Below, in pieces: positions 25,060-33,763 of a stretch of 44,364 nucleotides of DNA; position 1 is the first letter of the stretch; each line of letters opens with the position of its first letter. A model generated the notes under the pieces. That model ran no database searches and was not told the DNA's origin. It saw only the letters and a program-made list of their open reading frames with translations. Both the position numbers and the translations under genes were made by a program. The stretch is from a virus, in IMG/VR virus record IMGVR_UViG_3300024268_000128. One strand, 5' to 3'.

Positions 25060-25415
25060 CAAAAGAAGATGTTGTTGTGATGTTCAAGATGCGTGTTGAC
25101 GGCAAAACGCTTGAAGAAATCGGGAAGGAATTTGGTGTAACAAGGGAACGTGTTCGGCAATTGCTTGAAGCTCATGCAAAAGGTATTTCCAAAGAACACA
25201 ATCGTTGCAAAAGCATCTTTCCCGGATTGCGGGACTGGATGCTGGAAAACTGTTGCGCAGGGTACAAAATGTGCCACGAAACTGGCCTTGGCATTACGAT
25301 CCAATCTTTCTACAGCAAAATACAAGGCAAAAGGCCATTCAAGATTGACGAAATCCGAAAGATACTTGCTTATACCGGGCTGACCTTTGAAGAAGCCTTT
25401 GGGACGATTGAATAA
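25056..25415 (+). CDS. Sigma-70 region-4-like HTH protein
   Basis: 119 aa, with KTLEEIGKEFGVTRERVRQLLE resembling a sigma region 4.2 HTH. Confidence 0.6.
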   Translation: MTKEDVVVMFKMRVDGKTLEEIGKEFGVTRERVRQLLEAHAKGISKEHNRCKSIFPGLRDWMLENCCAGYKMCHETGLGITIQSFYSKIQGKRPFKIDEIRKILAYTGLTFEEAFGTIE

Positions 25416-25432
25416 GAAACGGAGGATTAAGC

Positions 25433-25597
25433 ATGGGTTTTACTGAGGTTTTGACGATTGTTTTCATCGTGTTGAAACTGATGGGCATTATCAATTGGTC
25501 ATGGTGGCTGGTTTTGCTGCCTGAGATTATCGCATTCAGCGTTTGCATTATAGCCATTGTGGTTTCGTGTATACGGAGTGGATCGAAATGGCGGTAA
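25433..25597 (+). CDS. Small membrane protein (54 aa, two hydrophobic helices)
   Basis: ACGGAGGA SD. The sequence MGFTEVLTIVFIVLKLMGIINWSWWLVLLPEIIAFSVCIIAIVV is strongly hydrophobic. Too short for the ORF track. Confidence 0.5.
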   Translation: MGFTEVLTIVFIVLKLMGIINWSWWLVLLPEIIAFSVCIIAIVVSCIRSGSKWR

Positions 25598-25962
25598 ACA
25601 GCAAGCAAAAGGGCGCACGGTTTGAAAGGCAGCTTGCTTCCCGGTTCCGTGAACAGGGCTATGATGCACGGCGCACGGCTCAGTATTGCGGAAACACAGG
25701 GGATGCATCTGATGTTGTGGGGCTTCCGGGAATCCATGTGGAAGCCAAGCACCAAGAAGCCATGCGACTGTATGACTGGATGGCTCAGGCCAAACGGGAT
25801 GCAGCGGCGGGGGGCAGCAATGCCCTTCCCGCTGTGTTCCACAAGAAAAACAACGCTTCCATTCTGGTTACGATGGAACTTGATGATTGGTTCAAGCTGT
25901 ACCGGGAATGGGAAGCAGGACATGATTTGAAGGCACAGGAGGATGATGGAAATGTGGGTTAA
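25588..25962 (+). CDS. PD-(D/E)XK Holliday-junction-resolvase-like nuclease
   Basis: From MAVNSKQKGARFERQLASRF..., with DASDVVGLPGIHVEAKH giving a D..E.K-type core. The upstream extension to 25543 looks spurious. Confidence 0.65.
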   Translation: MAVNSKQKGARFERQLASRFREQGYDARRTAQYCGNTGDASDVVGLPGIHVEAKHQEAMRLYDWMAQAKRDAAAGGSNALPAVFHKKNNASILVTMELDDWFKLYREWEAGHDLKAQEDDGNVG

Positions 25963-26287
25963 TGACTATCAGGTGGAAGCCATGCGCACGGCTTCTGGAA
26001 TGAACAACGAATATCCGATGTGGCTGAATGGTGTGCTTGGTCTGAACGGCGAATCGGGCGAAATTGCAGATATGGTGAAAAAGCATATGTTTCAAGGACA
26101 TCCGATTGATTTTGACCATCTTGCAAAGGAATTGGGTGATGTTGCTTGGTATGTGGCGGTTACGGCTCATGCTATCGGCTATGACCTTGAAACGGTTTTG
26201 CAGATGAATATCAATAAGCTCCGGCGCAGGTATCCGAACGGCTTTGAAGCAGAAAGAAGCCTACACAGGCAGGAAGGGGATGTATGA
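25943..26287 (+). CDS. mazG: MazG-like nucleotide pyrophosphohydrolase
   Basis: 114 aa with LNGESGEIADMVKK and ELGDVAWYVA, the EExxE/D-type helices of MazG family proteins. Confidence 0.75.
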   Translation: MMEMWVNDYQVEAMRTASGMNNEYPMWLNGVLGLNGESGEIADMVKKHMFQGHPIDFDHLAKELGDVAWYVAVTAHAIGYDLETVLQMNINKLRRRYPNGFEAERSLHRQEGDV

Positions 26288-26520
26288 TGCAGCACAGCAA
26301 TCCAACCCAAAACCAACGGATTATTGACTATATGGAACGGCATGGAAGCATAACGCAGCTTGAAGCCTTGAACGCCTGTTCAGTTATGCGCCTTGCATCC
26401 CGGATTTCTGACCTTCGCAGGAAGGGCTATCCCATCGAAAGCCAGATGGTGAAGGTAACAAACAAGTACGGCGAAACTTGCCGGGTAAAGCAGTACAGTT
26501 TGGGTGATGCAGATGGCTGA
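26284..26520 (+). CDS. Winged-helix DNA-binding protein
   Basis: 78 aa. QRIIDYMERHGSITQLEALNACSVMRLASRISDLRRKGYPI is typical of small phage wHTH proteins. Confidence 0.6.
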   Translation: MMQHSNPTQNQRIIDYMERHGSITQLEALNACSVMRLASRISDLRRKGYPIESQMVKVTNKYGETCRVKQYSLGDADG

Positions 26521-27304
26521 AGTTAAGTGGATCAAGCTTTCAACGAAAATCTTTGATAATCGGAAAATCAGGCAGATTGAATGTTTGCCTGATGGGGATG
26601 CAATCATTGTCATTTGGGTCAAGCTGCTTTGCCTTGCCGGAAACATCAACGATTCCGGGCTTGTCTATTTCACGAAGGAAATACCGTACACTGATCAGAT
26701 GCTTGCAACACAGTTCAACAGACCGCTAACAACGGTTCAACTCGCTTTGAAAACGTTCGAACAGTTTGAAATGGTTGAAGTTATTGACAACATTCTCCAC
26801 ATATCGAACTGGGAAAAGTACCAGAGCGTTGACAGGCTTTCAGAAATCCGTGAATACAACAGACTTGCAAAGCAGAAATCAAGGGAAAAGCAAAAAGCAC
26901 TGCAATCCCCTTCTGAAAGTGTCAATGACAAGTCAATGACAAGTCAACGGTGTCACGATACAGATAAAGAAGAAGAAAAAGAAAAAGAATCAGAAAAGAC
27001 TAAAGTATTATATACCCGTATTATTGCATATTTGAACGAAAAAGCAGGAACGAAGTATAAAGCCACTACGCAAAAGACAAAAACAGCAATCCATGCAAGG
27101 CTTGCGGAAGGCTTTACAGTTGATGATTTTATAACTGTGATTGATAAGAAATGTGCTGAATGGATAGGAACTGAATTTGAAAAGTATCTTCGACCTGAAA
27201 CGTTATTCAGCCCGAAGTTTGAAGGTTATTTGAATGCTAAAGCCGGGAAGCCTGTAACGGCTCCTAAACGTGATTATGACAGCGGAGATCAAGTCCCGTG
27301 GTAA
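26513..27304 (+). CDS. Replisome organizer (phage_rep_org_N / DnaD-like)
   Basis: N-terminus MAEVKWIKLSTKIFDNRKIRQIE, a central acidic/lysine linker and a DnaD-like C-terminus (YLNEKAGTKYKATTQKT...HARL). The start is uncertain, with alternatives at 26504 and 26507. Confidence 0.8.
   Translation: MAEVKWIKLSTKIFDNRKIRQIECLPDGDAIIVIWVKLLCLAGNINDSGLVYFTKEIPYTDQMLATQFNRPLTTVQLALKTFEQFEMVEVIDNILHISNWEKYQSVDRLSEIREYNRLAKQKSREKQKALQSPSESVNDKSMTSQRCHDTDKEEEKEKESEKTKVLYTRIIAYLNEKAGTKYKATTQKTKTAIHARLAEGFTVDDFITVIDKKCAEWIGTEFEKYLRPETLFSPKFEGYLNAKAGKPVTAPKRDYDSGDQVPW
26921..26955. repeat. Iteron-like tandem repeats (candidate replication origin) inside the replisome organizer gene
   Basis: GTCAATGACAA appears twice in tandem, then GTCAACGGTGTCA. 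Each unit contains the TGAC..GTCA dyad, and a purine/AT-rich tract follows (26963-27030). Confidence 0.45.
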
Positions 27305-27316
27305 GGAGGAAATCAG

Positions 27317-28165
27317 ATGGATATGAACGGTATTTTGGGTGTGCTTGCCCCGGCTATGAGCCGGGACAACACTGCCGAAGATGACCAATTCACAGAAGAC
27401 GGCCTGCGCATCTGCGCCAAGTGTGGCGAACGGAAACAAACTTGGTTTGAAGTCAATGGTCTAATTGCCCGGAACAAAGTACCCTGTATGTGCAAGTGTG
27501 AACGGGAACGGTTGGAAGCCGAAGAAGCTGCAAGGCAGCAGGAAGAGCAGTACAGGCTGATCCAGCAGTACCGCAACCGTGGGCTGACCGATGAGCAGTA
27601 CAAGGAATGCACCTTTGCTGTGGATGATGGCATGGATGAAAAGGCCAGCGCATTCTGCAAGGCCTATGTTGACAACTGGGCATGGGTACAGGAAAACAAC
27701 GCAGGAATCATGCTGTGGGGTAATGTGGGCGGTGGAAAGACCTTCTTTGCAGCTTGCATTGCTAATGCCCTGATTGACAAGGGTATTCCTGCCACAATGA
27801 CCACCATTCCAAAACTGGTATCCGCTATGACAAAGGACTTCGGCAAGGAACGAGAAAACGTGCTGTATATGGTGGCAAATGCTCCCCTGCTGGTGCTGGA
27901 TGATGTGGGTACTGAGCGCAACACAGAATACAGCAACGAGCAAGTTTATGAAATCGTCAACACCCGGTACAAAGCCAAAAAGCCGTTAATCATCACCACA
28001 AACCTGATGATGACGGAAATGAAAGGCACGGAGGATGTAACACGAAAGCGTATCTATGACCGCCTGATTGAAATGTGTACGCCTTGCAAGGTGACAAGCA
28101 CAGGCAGACGGCAAAAGGCGGCGAAGGATCGCATGGAACAGATGATGGCGCAGTTTGGCCTATAA
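27317..28165 (+). CDS. DnaC/IstB-like helicase loader ATPase
   Basis: 282 aa, Walker A GNVGGGKTF, Walker B LLVLDDVGTE, N-terminal Cys cluster. Follows the replisome organizer. Confidence 0.85.
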   Translation: MDMNGILGVLAPAMSRDNTAEDDQFTEDGLRICAKCGERKQTWFEVNGLIARNKVPCMCKCERERLEAEEAARQQEEQYRLIQQYRNRGLTDEQYKECTFAVDDGMDEKASAFCKAYVDNWAWVQENNAGIMLWGNVGGGKTFFAACIANALIDKGIPATMTTIPKLVSAMTKDFGKERENVLYMVANAPLLVLDDVGTERNTEYSNEQVYEIVNTRYKAKKPLIITTNLMMTEMKGTEDVTRKRIYDRLIEMCTPCKVTSTGRRQKAAKDRMEQMMAQFGL

Positions 28166-28186
28166 GCGTTAAGGAGGACAAATGGG

Positions 28187-28828
28187 ATGAAGAAATTTGA
28201 ACTCACCACGGAAACAAAGGTTGTTTTTGGTAAAACTCTGTACCGCATTCGTGCGTTGGTTGCGTTTGGCGATGTTAAAGCCGGGGAACTGGGCGGCTGG
28301 ATTGAGAAGGAAGCCAATTTGGATCAAAAAGGCAATGCATGGGTTTACGGCGATGCACGGGTTTACGGCGATGCACGGGTTTCCGGCAATGCACGGGTTT
28401 ACGGCGATGCATGGGTTTACGGCGATGCAGAGGTTTCCGGCAATGCACGGGTTTCCGGCAATGCAGAGGTTTCCGGCAATGCACGGGTTTACGGCAATGC
28501 ACGGGTTTCCGGCAATGCAGAGGTTTCCGGCAATGCACGGGTTTACGGCGATGCATGGGTTTACGGCGATGCAGAGGTTTACGGCAATGCAGAGGTTAAG
28601 AGACAGACGCACATTTTTCAGCTTGGCGCAATCGGTTCCCGTGATGGCTTTACAACCTTTTTCCGCACAAGGGATAAGCAAATTTTTGTTTCCTGCGGTT
28701 GTTTCTGTGGCTCTATTGCCGATTTTGCCGAAAAGGTGAAGCAAACACACAGAGAAAACAAGCACGCCAAAGCGTATGCTTTGGCGATTGAGCTTGCTAA
28801 GTTGCAGATTGAGGATGTGGAGGGCTGA
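28187..28828 (+). CDS. Hexapeptide-repeat (predicted beta-helix) protein with conserved Cys-containing C-terminal domain
   Basis: 213 aa with 15 consecutive [YS]G[DN]A[REW]V hexapeptides, followed by a C-terminal domain (GSRDGFTTFFRTRDKQIFVSCGCFCGSIADF). Confidence 0.75.
   Translation: MKKFELTTETKVVFGKTLYRIRALVAFGDVKAGELGGWIEKEANLDQKGNAWVYGDARVYGDARVSGNARVYGDAWVYGDAEVSGNARVSGNAEVSGNARVYGNARVSGNAEVSGNARVYGDAWVYGDAEVYGNAEVKRQTHIFQLGAIGSRDGFTTFFRTRDKQIFVSCGCFCGSIADFAEKVKQTHRENKHAKAYALAIELAKLQIEDVEG
28331..28600 (+). repeat. 15 tandem 18-bp units (coding) including an exact 54-bp duplication
   Basis: The unit is ggcRatgcaNNggtttMc. Segment 28439-28492 is identical to 28493-28546. Confidence 0.9.
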
Positions 28829-28830
28829 CT

Positions 28831-29475
28831 ATGAAAGTAACCCTTTTGGACAAGCCCAACCCGGAAATCTGCGGTTTGGCTGCTGCCCTGTGCTATGACA
28901 GCAAGAACCCGGAAAGCGCACTGAAACACGCTATGGATGGTGGACACGAAAGCGTACTGGAACACGCAAAGTTTACCTTCCTGGTTGAGGGTGTGAGCCG
29001 TGCTTTGCTGGCTCAGATCACCCGGCACAGAATCGCATCCTTTAGCGTACAAAGTCAGCGGTATGTGAAGTTGACAGGCGGCTTCCCTTATGTTATCCCA
29101 CCAAGGATTGAAGCGTTGGGGAAGGAAGCTGTCAAGCGGTACAAGGCACAGATGGAAATGATTGACCGTTGGTATAACGGTTGGTTGGATGCGCTGGGGA
29201 AAGACGGTGCGGAGGATGCACGAATGGTGTTGCCCAATGCCTGCTGCACAAAGCTGATTGTGACAATGAACATTCGAGAGTTGCGGCACTTCTTTGCACT
29301 GAGAACGTGCAACCGGGCGCAATGGGAAATTAGAAACATGGCTGATGAAATGTTGCGCATCTGCAAGGCAGAAGCCCCCACCCTGTTTGTGAATGCCGGA
29401 TGTGCTTGCATGGCTGGGAAGCCCTGCCCGGAAGGCAAGAAAACCTGTGGACATCCAAGGATGGTGATTGCATGA
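28831..29475 (+). CDS. thyX: FAD-dependent thymidylate synthase ThyX
   Basis: 214 aa with the ThyX signature TRHRIASFSVQSQRY. Confidence 0.9.
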   Translation: MKVTLLDKPNPEICGLAAALCYDSKNPESALKHAMDGGHESVLEHAKFTFLVEGVSRALLAQITRHRIASFSVQSQRYVKLTGGFPYVIPPRIEALGKEAVKRYKAQMEMIDRWYNGWLDALGKDGAEDARMVLPNACCTKLIVTMNIRELRHFFALRTCNRAQWEIRNMADEMLRICKAEAPTLFVNAGCACMAGKPCPEGKKTCGHPRMVIA

Positions 29476-29807
29476 CGGCCTATGAAGCTGCAAGGAAATG
29501 GGGTACAAACCAAAGCACGTTAAGAAAATGGATCAATACTGGAAAGGTTGAAGCTGTCAAAGTAAAGGAAGATGGTCACAGATGGAAATGGGTCATTCCT
29601 GATGACCACCCACAGCCGAACGCAAAAAATGCCGGTACTCCGGGGGAGATGATCCAAAAGGCTGTGCTTCGCAATGGTGGAAAGCGTGGGTACATTGCTA
29701 AATATGCAGGTACGTTTTCCGTAAGGCACATGGCGCAATTTCTGGAAACCACCTGCACAGAAGTAAAGGCTATCTATGATGATATTGTGGCGAAGGGTGG
29801 GTTTTGA
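29472..29807 (+). CDS. HTH DNA-binding protein (excisionase/MerR-like N-terminus)
   Basis: 111 aa from an ATGA overlap with thyX. N-terminus MTAYEAARKWGTNQSTLRKWINTGKVEAVK. Confidence 0.6.
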   Translation: MTAYEAARKWGTNQSTLRKWINTGKVEAVKVKEDGHRWKWVIPDDHPQPNAKNAGTPGEMIQKAVLRNGGKRGYIAKYAGTFSVRHMAQFLETTCTEVKAIYDDIVAKGGF

Positions 29808-29809
29808 CA

Positions 29810-30001
29810 ATGGCAGAGAATACGCCCATGTGGATACAAGCCTTGGATTATTTGTACAGGGAGATCAAAAACACCAAAATTTGCATTGGTCATGCAGAGC
29901 GCAGGAAGGGCATAACGGAAAAAGAACTTAACGATTTGAGCCGAAAAGCGGCTACCCTTGAATGGACGGCTGCGCTGGTGCTGAAGGAGGGAGCGGAATG
30001 A
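29810..30001 (+). CDS. Hypothetical protein
   Basis: 63 aa from the ATG at 29810, predicted helical. Confidence 0.5.
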   Translation: MAENTPMWIQALDYLYREIKNTKICIGHAERRKGITEKELNDLSRKAATLEWTAALVLKEGAE

Positions 30002-30207
30002 ACGAATTGAAGCCATGCCCATTCTGCGGAAATGTTGCGCACATCTCATCTTTGAAGCAGAGCGCAACACCTAGATATTATGTGGTGTGCAGCAATAGCA
30101 AAGGTAGGTGCATTGCATCGGAATCATATGTATTTGGCAGGAAGTATCCCAATAGAGAAGATGCAATTTACGCTTGGAACAGGAGGGCAAGCAATGAAAA
30201 CGCCTGA
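29998..30207 (+). CDS. Lar-family restriction alleviation protein
   Basis: 69 aa with LKPCPFCG...VVCSN..GRC...AWNRR, the Lar-family zinc-ribbon pattern. Confidence 0.65.
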   Translation: MNELKPCPFCGNVAHISSLKQSATPRYYVVCSNSKGRCIASESYVFGRKYPNREDAIYAWNRRASNENA

Positions 30208-30565
30208 CGAGATCAAGAAAAGTTTGGAATGCATGAAAAAAGCCTTTGATGAAAAGTGCGACTTCAAGTGCGATAGATGCCCGGTGTACGTTCCGGGTTA
30301 CAAAAACACATCAATGAGTGTTGATGCCCTCGCCTACATCCGGCAGCTTGAAGCGGAACTGGAAACAGCCAAGCGGGAAAGGGATGCTGCTGTAAAAGAC
30401 CTTTGGTACTCAGGGGAGTGTTTTGACTGCAAATACAGGAACAACCAAGAAGAATGCGAGGGTACGGGTTGCTGTTACACTTGCAAATTGGATTGCCCTT
30501 GCGCTAAGTACCCTTGCGGATACGAATGGCGTGGCGTTTGCCCGGAGAATACGGAGGTTGATTGA
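30194..30565 (+). CDS. Cysteine-rich hypothetical protein
   Basis: 123 aa from the ATG at 30194 (AGGAGGG SD), with multiple CxxC-type clusters around a coiled coil. Confidence 0.6.
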   Translation: MKTPDEIKKSLECMKKAFDEKCDFKCDRCPVYVPGYKNTSMSVDALAYIRQLEAELETAKRERDAAVKDLWYSGECFDCKYRNNQEECEGTGCCYTCKLDCPCAKYPCGYEWRGVCPENTEVD

Positions 30566-30568
30566 CAA

Positions 30569-30862
30569 ATGACTTTACGTGAACTGATTTTTGGCAAAAA
30601 CCCGGGCGTAAAAGAGATTCTTTCGGTTTTGCAACTTACAGAAATGGACATTGAGCGATTCAGAGACTGCTGGATTGTTGATGAGGAAGACAAAATCGTC
30701 ATCTTCACCCGCACAGGTGGTGGAAATCGTGAGGATTACCCGAACTCGGCACTAGTAAACCATCCGTTGTATCTGTATGACGAGGATGACGATTTCGATC
30801 AGACCTATGCTTATTACTACTTTGCAATCCCTGAAATGAGAGAGGTGCAGGACGATGACTGA
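30569..30862 (+). CDS. Hypothetical protein
   Basis: 97 aa, in the operon, with an RBS. Confidence 0.55.
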   Translation: MTLRELIFGKNPGVKEILSVLQLTEMDIERFRDCWIVDEEDKIVIFTRTGGGNREDYPNSALVNHPLYLYDEDDDFDQTYAYYYFAIPEMREVQDDD

Positions 30863-31181
30863 CCGGGAAAAGCTGGTGGAGATACTGAAATGCCAGCCGT
30901 ATGGCTACCACACATACGAGGAGATGGCGGATTATCTTCTCGCCAACGGCGTGACGGTGCATCGGTGGATTCCTGTGACGGAAAAGCTGCCGGAACCGAA
31001 TAAAGTGGTTTTGTGCATCGGTGCAAGGGGCGGGATGTTTATCGGATACCATTGTCAAGACAAAGAGCGTAGCGAGGACAAAAGCATGTTTTTCTATGTT
31101 CCGAACAGCCGAAAAGATCGGATCGCAATCAAGTGGCAGCCCCTGCCCGAACCGCCGAAGGAGGAAACTTACAATGGGTAA
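30855..31181 (+). CDS. DUF551-like protein
   Basis: 108 aa with WIPVTEKLPEPNK and KWQPLPEPPKEE, characteristic of DUF551. Confidence 0.65.
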   Translation: MTDREKLVEILKCQPYGYHTYEEMADYLLANGVTVHRWIPVTEKLPEPNKVVLCIGARGGMFIGYHCQDKERSEDKSMFFYVPNSRKDRIAIKWQPLPEPPKEETYNG

Positions 31182-31431
31182 AATCTGCCCCACAACCGGA
31201 TTAACGTGCATTGCATGTGTGCCCGGTGCGCCATGTGCAAGGGAAGATAACATCCTTGACTTCGAGGCCAATATGCCACATTCCGTGTCTGAGGTTATGT
31301 GCTGGAAGTGTGGTAAGCGTTGGATAGCGGTGTATCAGTCGGATACCTTGCTTAAAGAATTGGAATGCCCACAATGCCACAATCAAGGATTTGCCTTTTT
31401 AACAGGTCAGGAATTAAAGGAGGACGCATGA
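31174..31431 (+). CDS. Zinc-ribbon hypothetical protein
   Basis: 85 aa from the ATG at 31174, with CWKCGKRW...CPQCHN. Confidence 0.5.
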   Translation: MGKICPTTGLTCIACVPGAPCAREDNILDFEANMPHSVSEVMCWKCGKRWIAVYQSDTLLKELECPQCHNQGFAFLTGQELKEDA

Positions 31432-31892
31432 TGCAGGAAAACAAACAAAAGAAATCCATCCATCCGGCGAAGGTGTATCTTTCGGCCTACCCGGCCATGA
31501 AGAAACGCTTGGAGGATTTGAAAGAAGAACTGGAATACATAAGAGAAACCGCCACAAGGGCAACAAGCAAGCTGACCGCCGAACGGGTCAGCGGAACCAG
31601 CATGAAGGATGGTATGGCGAATGCCGTTATCAAGGGCATTGAAACAGAAGAACGGCTGCAACGTACCATCAACAACCTTTCCGAAGCCTTGACGGTACGC
31701 CTGATGCTGATTGAGGAATTGGAGGATGAATGGGAAAAGCTGATTCTGACTGAGCGATATATCAACGGCAAAAGCTGGAATCAGATTATCAAGCGTATTC
31801 CCTATTCAGAAGTACAAGCGTTTAGAATGCACGGTTTTGCGCTTAACCACTTCTGGGAAATTTACAAAAAGCATCAGAATGATAGTAAATGA
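31428..31892 (+). CDS. ArpU/RinA-like late transcriptional regulator (sigma region-4-like C-terminus)
   Basis: 154 aa from the ATG at 31428 (AAGGAGGA SD). C-terminal segment LTERYINGKSWNQIIKRIPYSEVQAFRMHGFAL. Sits directly upstream of terS, as in many Firmicutes phages. Confidence 0.65.
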   Translation: MMQENKQKKSIHPAKVYLSAYPAMKKRLEDLKEELEYIRETATRATSKLTAERVSGTSMKDGMANAVIKGIETEERLQRTINNLSEALTVRLMLIEELEDEWEKLILTERYINGKSWNQIIKRIPYSEVQAFRMHGFALNHFWEIYKKHQNDSK

Positions 31893-31912
31893 TAGTAACA
31901 ACCATGATATAA
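31877..31912 (+). promoter_or_regulatory. Candidate late promoter: tandem AATGATAGTA repeats plus extended -10 TGATATAAT
   Basis: GAATGATAGTAAATGATAGTAACAACCA TGATATAAT. There is no canonical -35. Confidence 0.45.
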
Positions 31913-31938
31913 TGCTAATGTGTTGAAAAACACACAAG

Positions 31939-31976
31939 AGCCTGACGGGGAAACTCGTTGGGCTTTTCTTATGTTT
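31939..31976 (+). terminator. Intrinsic terminator about 25 nt downstream of the candidate late promoter
   Basis: 9-bp stem AGCCTGACG / CGTTGGGCT (two G-U pairs) with an 8-nt loop, then TTTCTTATGTTT. Confidence 0.5.
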
Positions 31977-32058
31977 ACAAGTGGATGTGCGCACATTTTA
32001 AGTGGGCGGGATTTCCTCCGGCAGGGTGGGGGCTGGGGTAACAAACGAATGAAAGGCG

Positions 32059-32520
32059 GTGTTTGGTTTGGCGTTATCAATTAAACAGGAAGCCTTCTGC
32101 GTTGAATATGCCAAGTCAGGCAACGCCAGACAGGCATATAAAAACGCAGGGTATAATTGCAAAACAGATGCGTCTGTTGATGCTTGCGCAAGTCAGCTAT
32201 TAAGAAATCCTAAGGTAAAAGAAAGGCTTGCGGAGCTTGCCGAGGAAGTAAAGGCCGCTTCCATTGCTGATATTACCGAAATGCAACAGAAGCTAACGGC
32301 TATCATCCGGCAGGAGCTTGGAGAAGAAGTGGTTGTCATGGAATCCACAGGCGATTTTATGACACAGGCAACGAAGGTTGAAAAGAAACCAGCCATCAAG
32401 GATGTTATCAACGCTATCAACACACTGGGCAAGATGCAAGGCGCATTCATTGAAAAGGTGGAACAGACTGTTGATATGGATTTGAATATCACAGTTGACT
32501 ATGGGGATGGTTCTGAATGA
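32059..32520 (+). CDS. terS: Terminase small subunit
   Basis: About 150 aa with SIKQEAFCVEYAKSGNARQAYKNAGY, typical of Terminase_2/P27-type small subunits. The start is ambiguous (GTG 32059 or TTG 32068). Confidence 0.85.
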   Translation: MFGLALSIKQEAFCVEYAKSGNARQAYKNAGYNCKTDASVDACASQLLRNPKVKERLAELAEEVKAASIADITEMQQKLTAIIRQELGEEVVVMESTGDFMTQATKVEKKPAIKDVINAINTLGKMQGAFIEKVEQTVDMDLNITVDYGDGSE

Positions 32521-33752
32521 ACATCAGCGTTCAAGCCAACCCCGTTTTCAAACCCGTAAACATGAGCCAAAAACGCTATATCGTTATGAAAGGCAGTGCA
32601 GGATCAGGCAAGAGTGTTGACACGGCACAGAATTATATCCTTCGTCTTATGAGGGACAAAGGTCGCAACCTTGTTGCCCTTCGCAAATCCGATATAACCA
32701 ACCGTGACAGCACCTTTGCAGAGCTTACGGGCGCAATTTACCGTATGTTTGGCGATAAAGCCGAACAATACTGGCAAGTCAATATGTCACCCTTGAAATT
32801 GACCTGCAAGACGAACGGGAACCAAATCATATTCCGTGGAATGAATGACGAAAAGCAGCGTGAAAAGCTCAAATCTATTACATTCCAAAAGGGCAAACTT
32901 ACAGATGTTTGGCTTGAGGAAGCAACGGAGTTTACTCAAGCTGATATCGAAATCATTGATGACCGTCTTCGTGGCGAACTACCAGAAGGACAATTTTATC
33001 AGATCAGAATGACCTTTAACCCAGTATCTAGCAATCACTGGATCAAGAAGGTCTTTTTTGATATTCCTGACCCGAACGTATTGACGCACCATAGCACCTA
33101 TCTGACAAACCGCTTCATTGATGACGCATACAGAATGCGTATGGAGCGCAGAAAGGAAGTAGACCCGGAAGGTTATCAAATATACGGGCTTGGCGAATGG
33201 GGCGAAATAAGTGGCCTTATCCTCCACAACTGGAAGGTTGAGGACATATCCCAAAACCTTAACGATTATGACGATATTGCCATTGGTCAGGACTTTGGCT
33301 TTAACCACGCCAACGCCATTCTACTGCTTGGTATCAGGGATGATAACGTGTATGTTCTTGATGAAATCTATCTATTCGAAAAGGACACATCAGAAATCAT
33401 TCAAGCTGCCATTGCGAAGGCGATACCGAAGAACAGGCAGATGTGGTGCGACAGCGCAGAGCCTGACCGAATCAAGATGTGGCAAAAAGGCGGCTTTAAC
33501 AGGGCAAAAGGCGTTGACAAAGGTGGTTCTGCTGGTTCTGTAAAAGCTCAAATAGACTGGCTGAAACAGCGAAAAATCTATATCCATCCTCATTGCGTTA
33601 ACACCATTAAAGAGTTGCAGCAATGGAAATGGAAAAAGGACGAAAAAACAGGTGAATACCTTGATGAGCCTGTGCCGTTCCAAGATGACGCTATGGCGGC
33701 TTTGCGCTACGGCGTTGAGGGCTGGCGAAAAGTTAAGAAATGGTTGGTATAA
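32517..33752 (+). CDS. terL: Terminase large subunit
   Basis: 411 aa, Walker A MKGSAGSGKS, Walker B-like DVWLEEATE, C-terminal nuclease half. Overlaps terS by 4 nt. Confidence 0.9.
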   Translation: MNISVQANPVFKPVNMSQKRYIVMKGSAGSGKSVDTAQNYILRLMRDKGRNLVALRKSDITNRDSTFAELTGAIYRMFGDKAEQYWQVNMSPLKLTCKTNGNQIIFRGMNDEKQREKLKSITFQKGKLTDVWLEEATEFTQADIEIIDDRLRGELPEGQFYQIRMTFNPVSSNHWIKKVFFDIPDPNVLTHHSTYLTNRFIDDAYRMRMERRKEVDPEGYQIYGLGEWGEISGLILHNWKVEDISQNLNDYDDIAIGQDFGFNHANAILLLGIRDDNVYVLDEIYLFEKDTSEIIQAAIAKAIPKNRQMWCDSAEPDRIKMWQKGGFNRAKGVDKGGSAGSVKAQIDWLKQRKIYIHPHCVNTIKELQQWKWKKDEKTGEYLDEPVPFQDDAMAALRYGVEGWRKVKKWLV

Positions 33753-33763
33753 GGGGTGAAACA

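Noticed and set aside
28331-28600. A regular 18-bp repeat array that looks superficially like a CRISPR or minisatellite locus
   Set aside because: The units are contiguous with no spacers. They sit in frame inside a 213-aa ORF that has an RBS, and they encode a hexapeptide beta-helix repeat. There are no cas genes.
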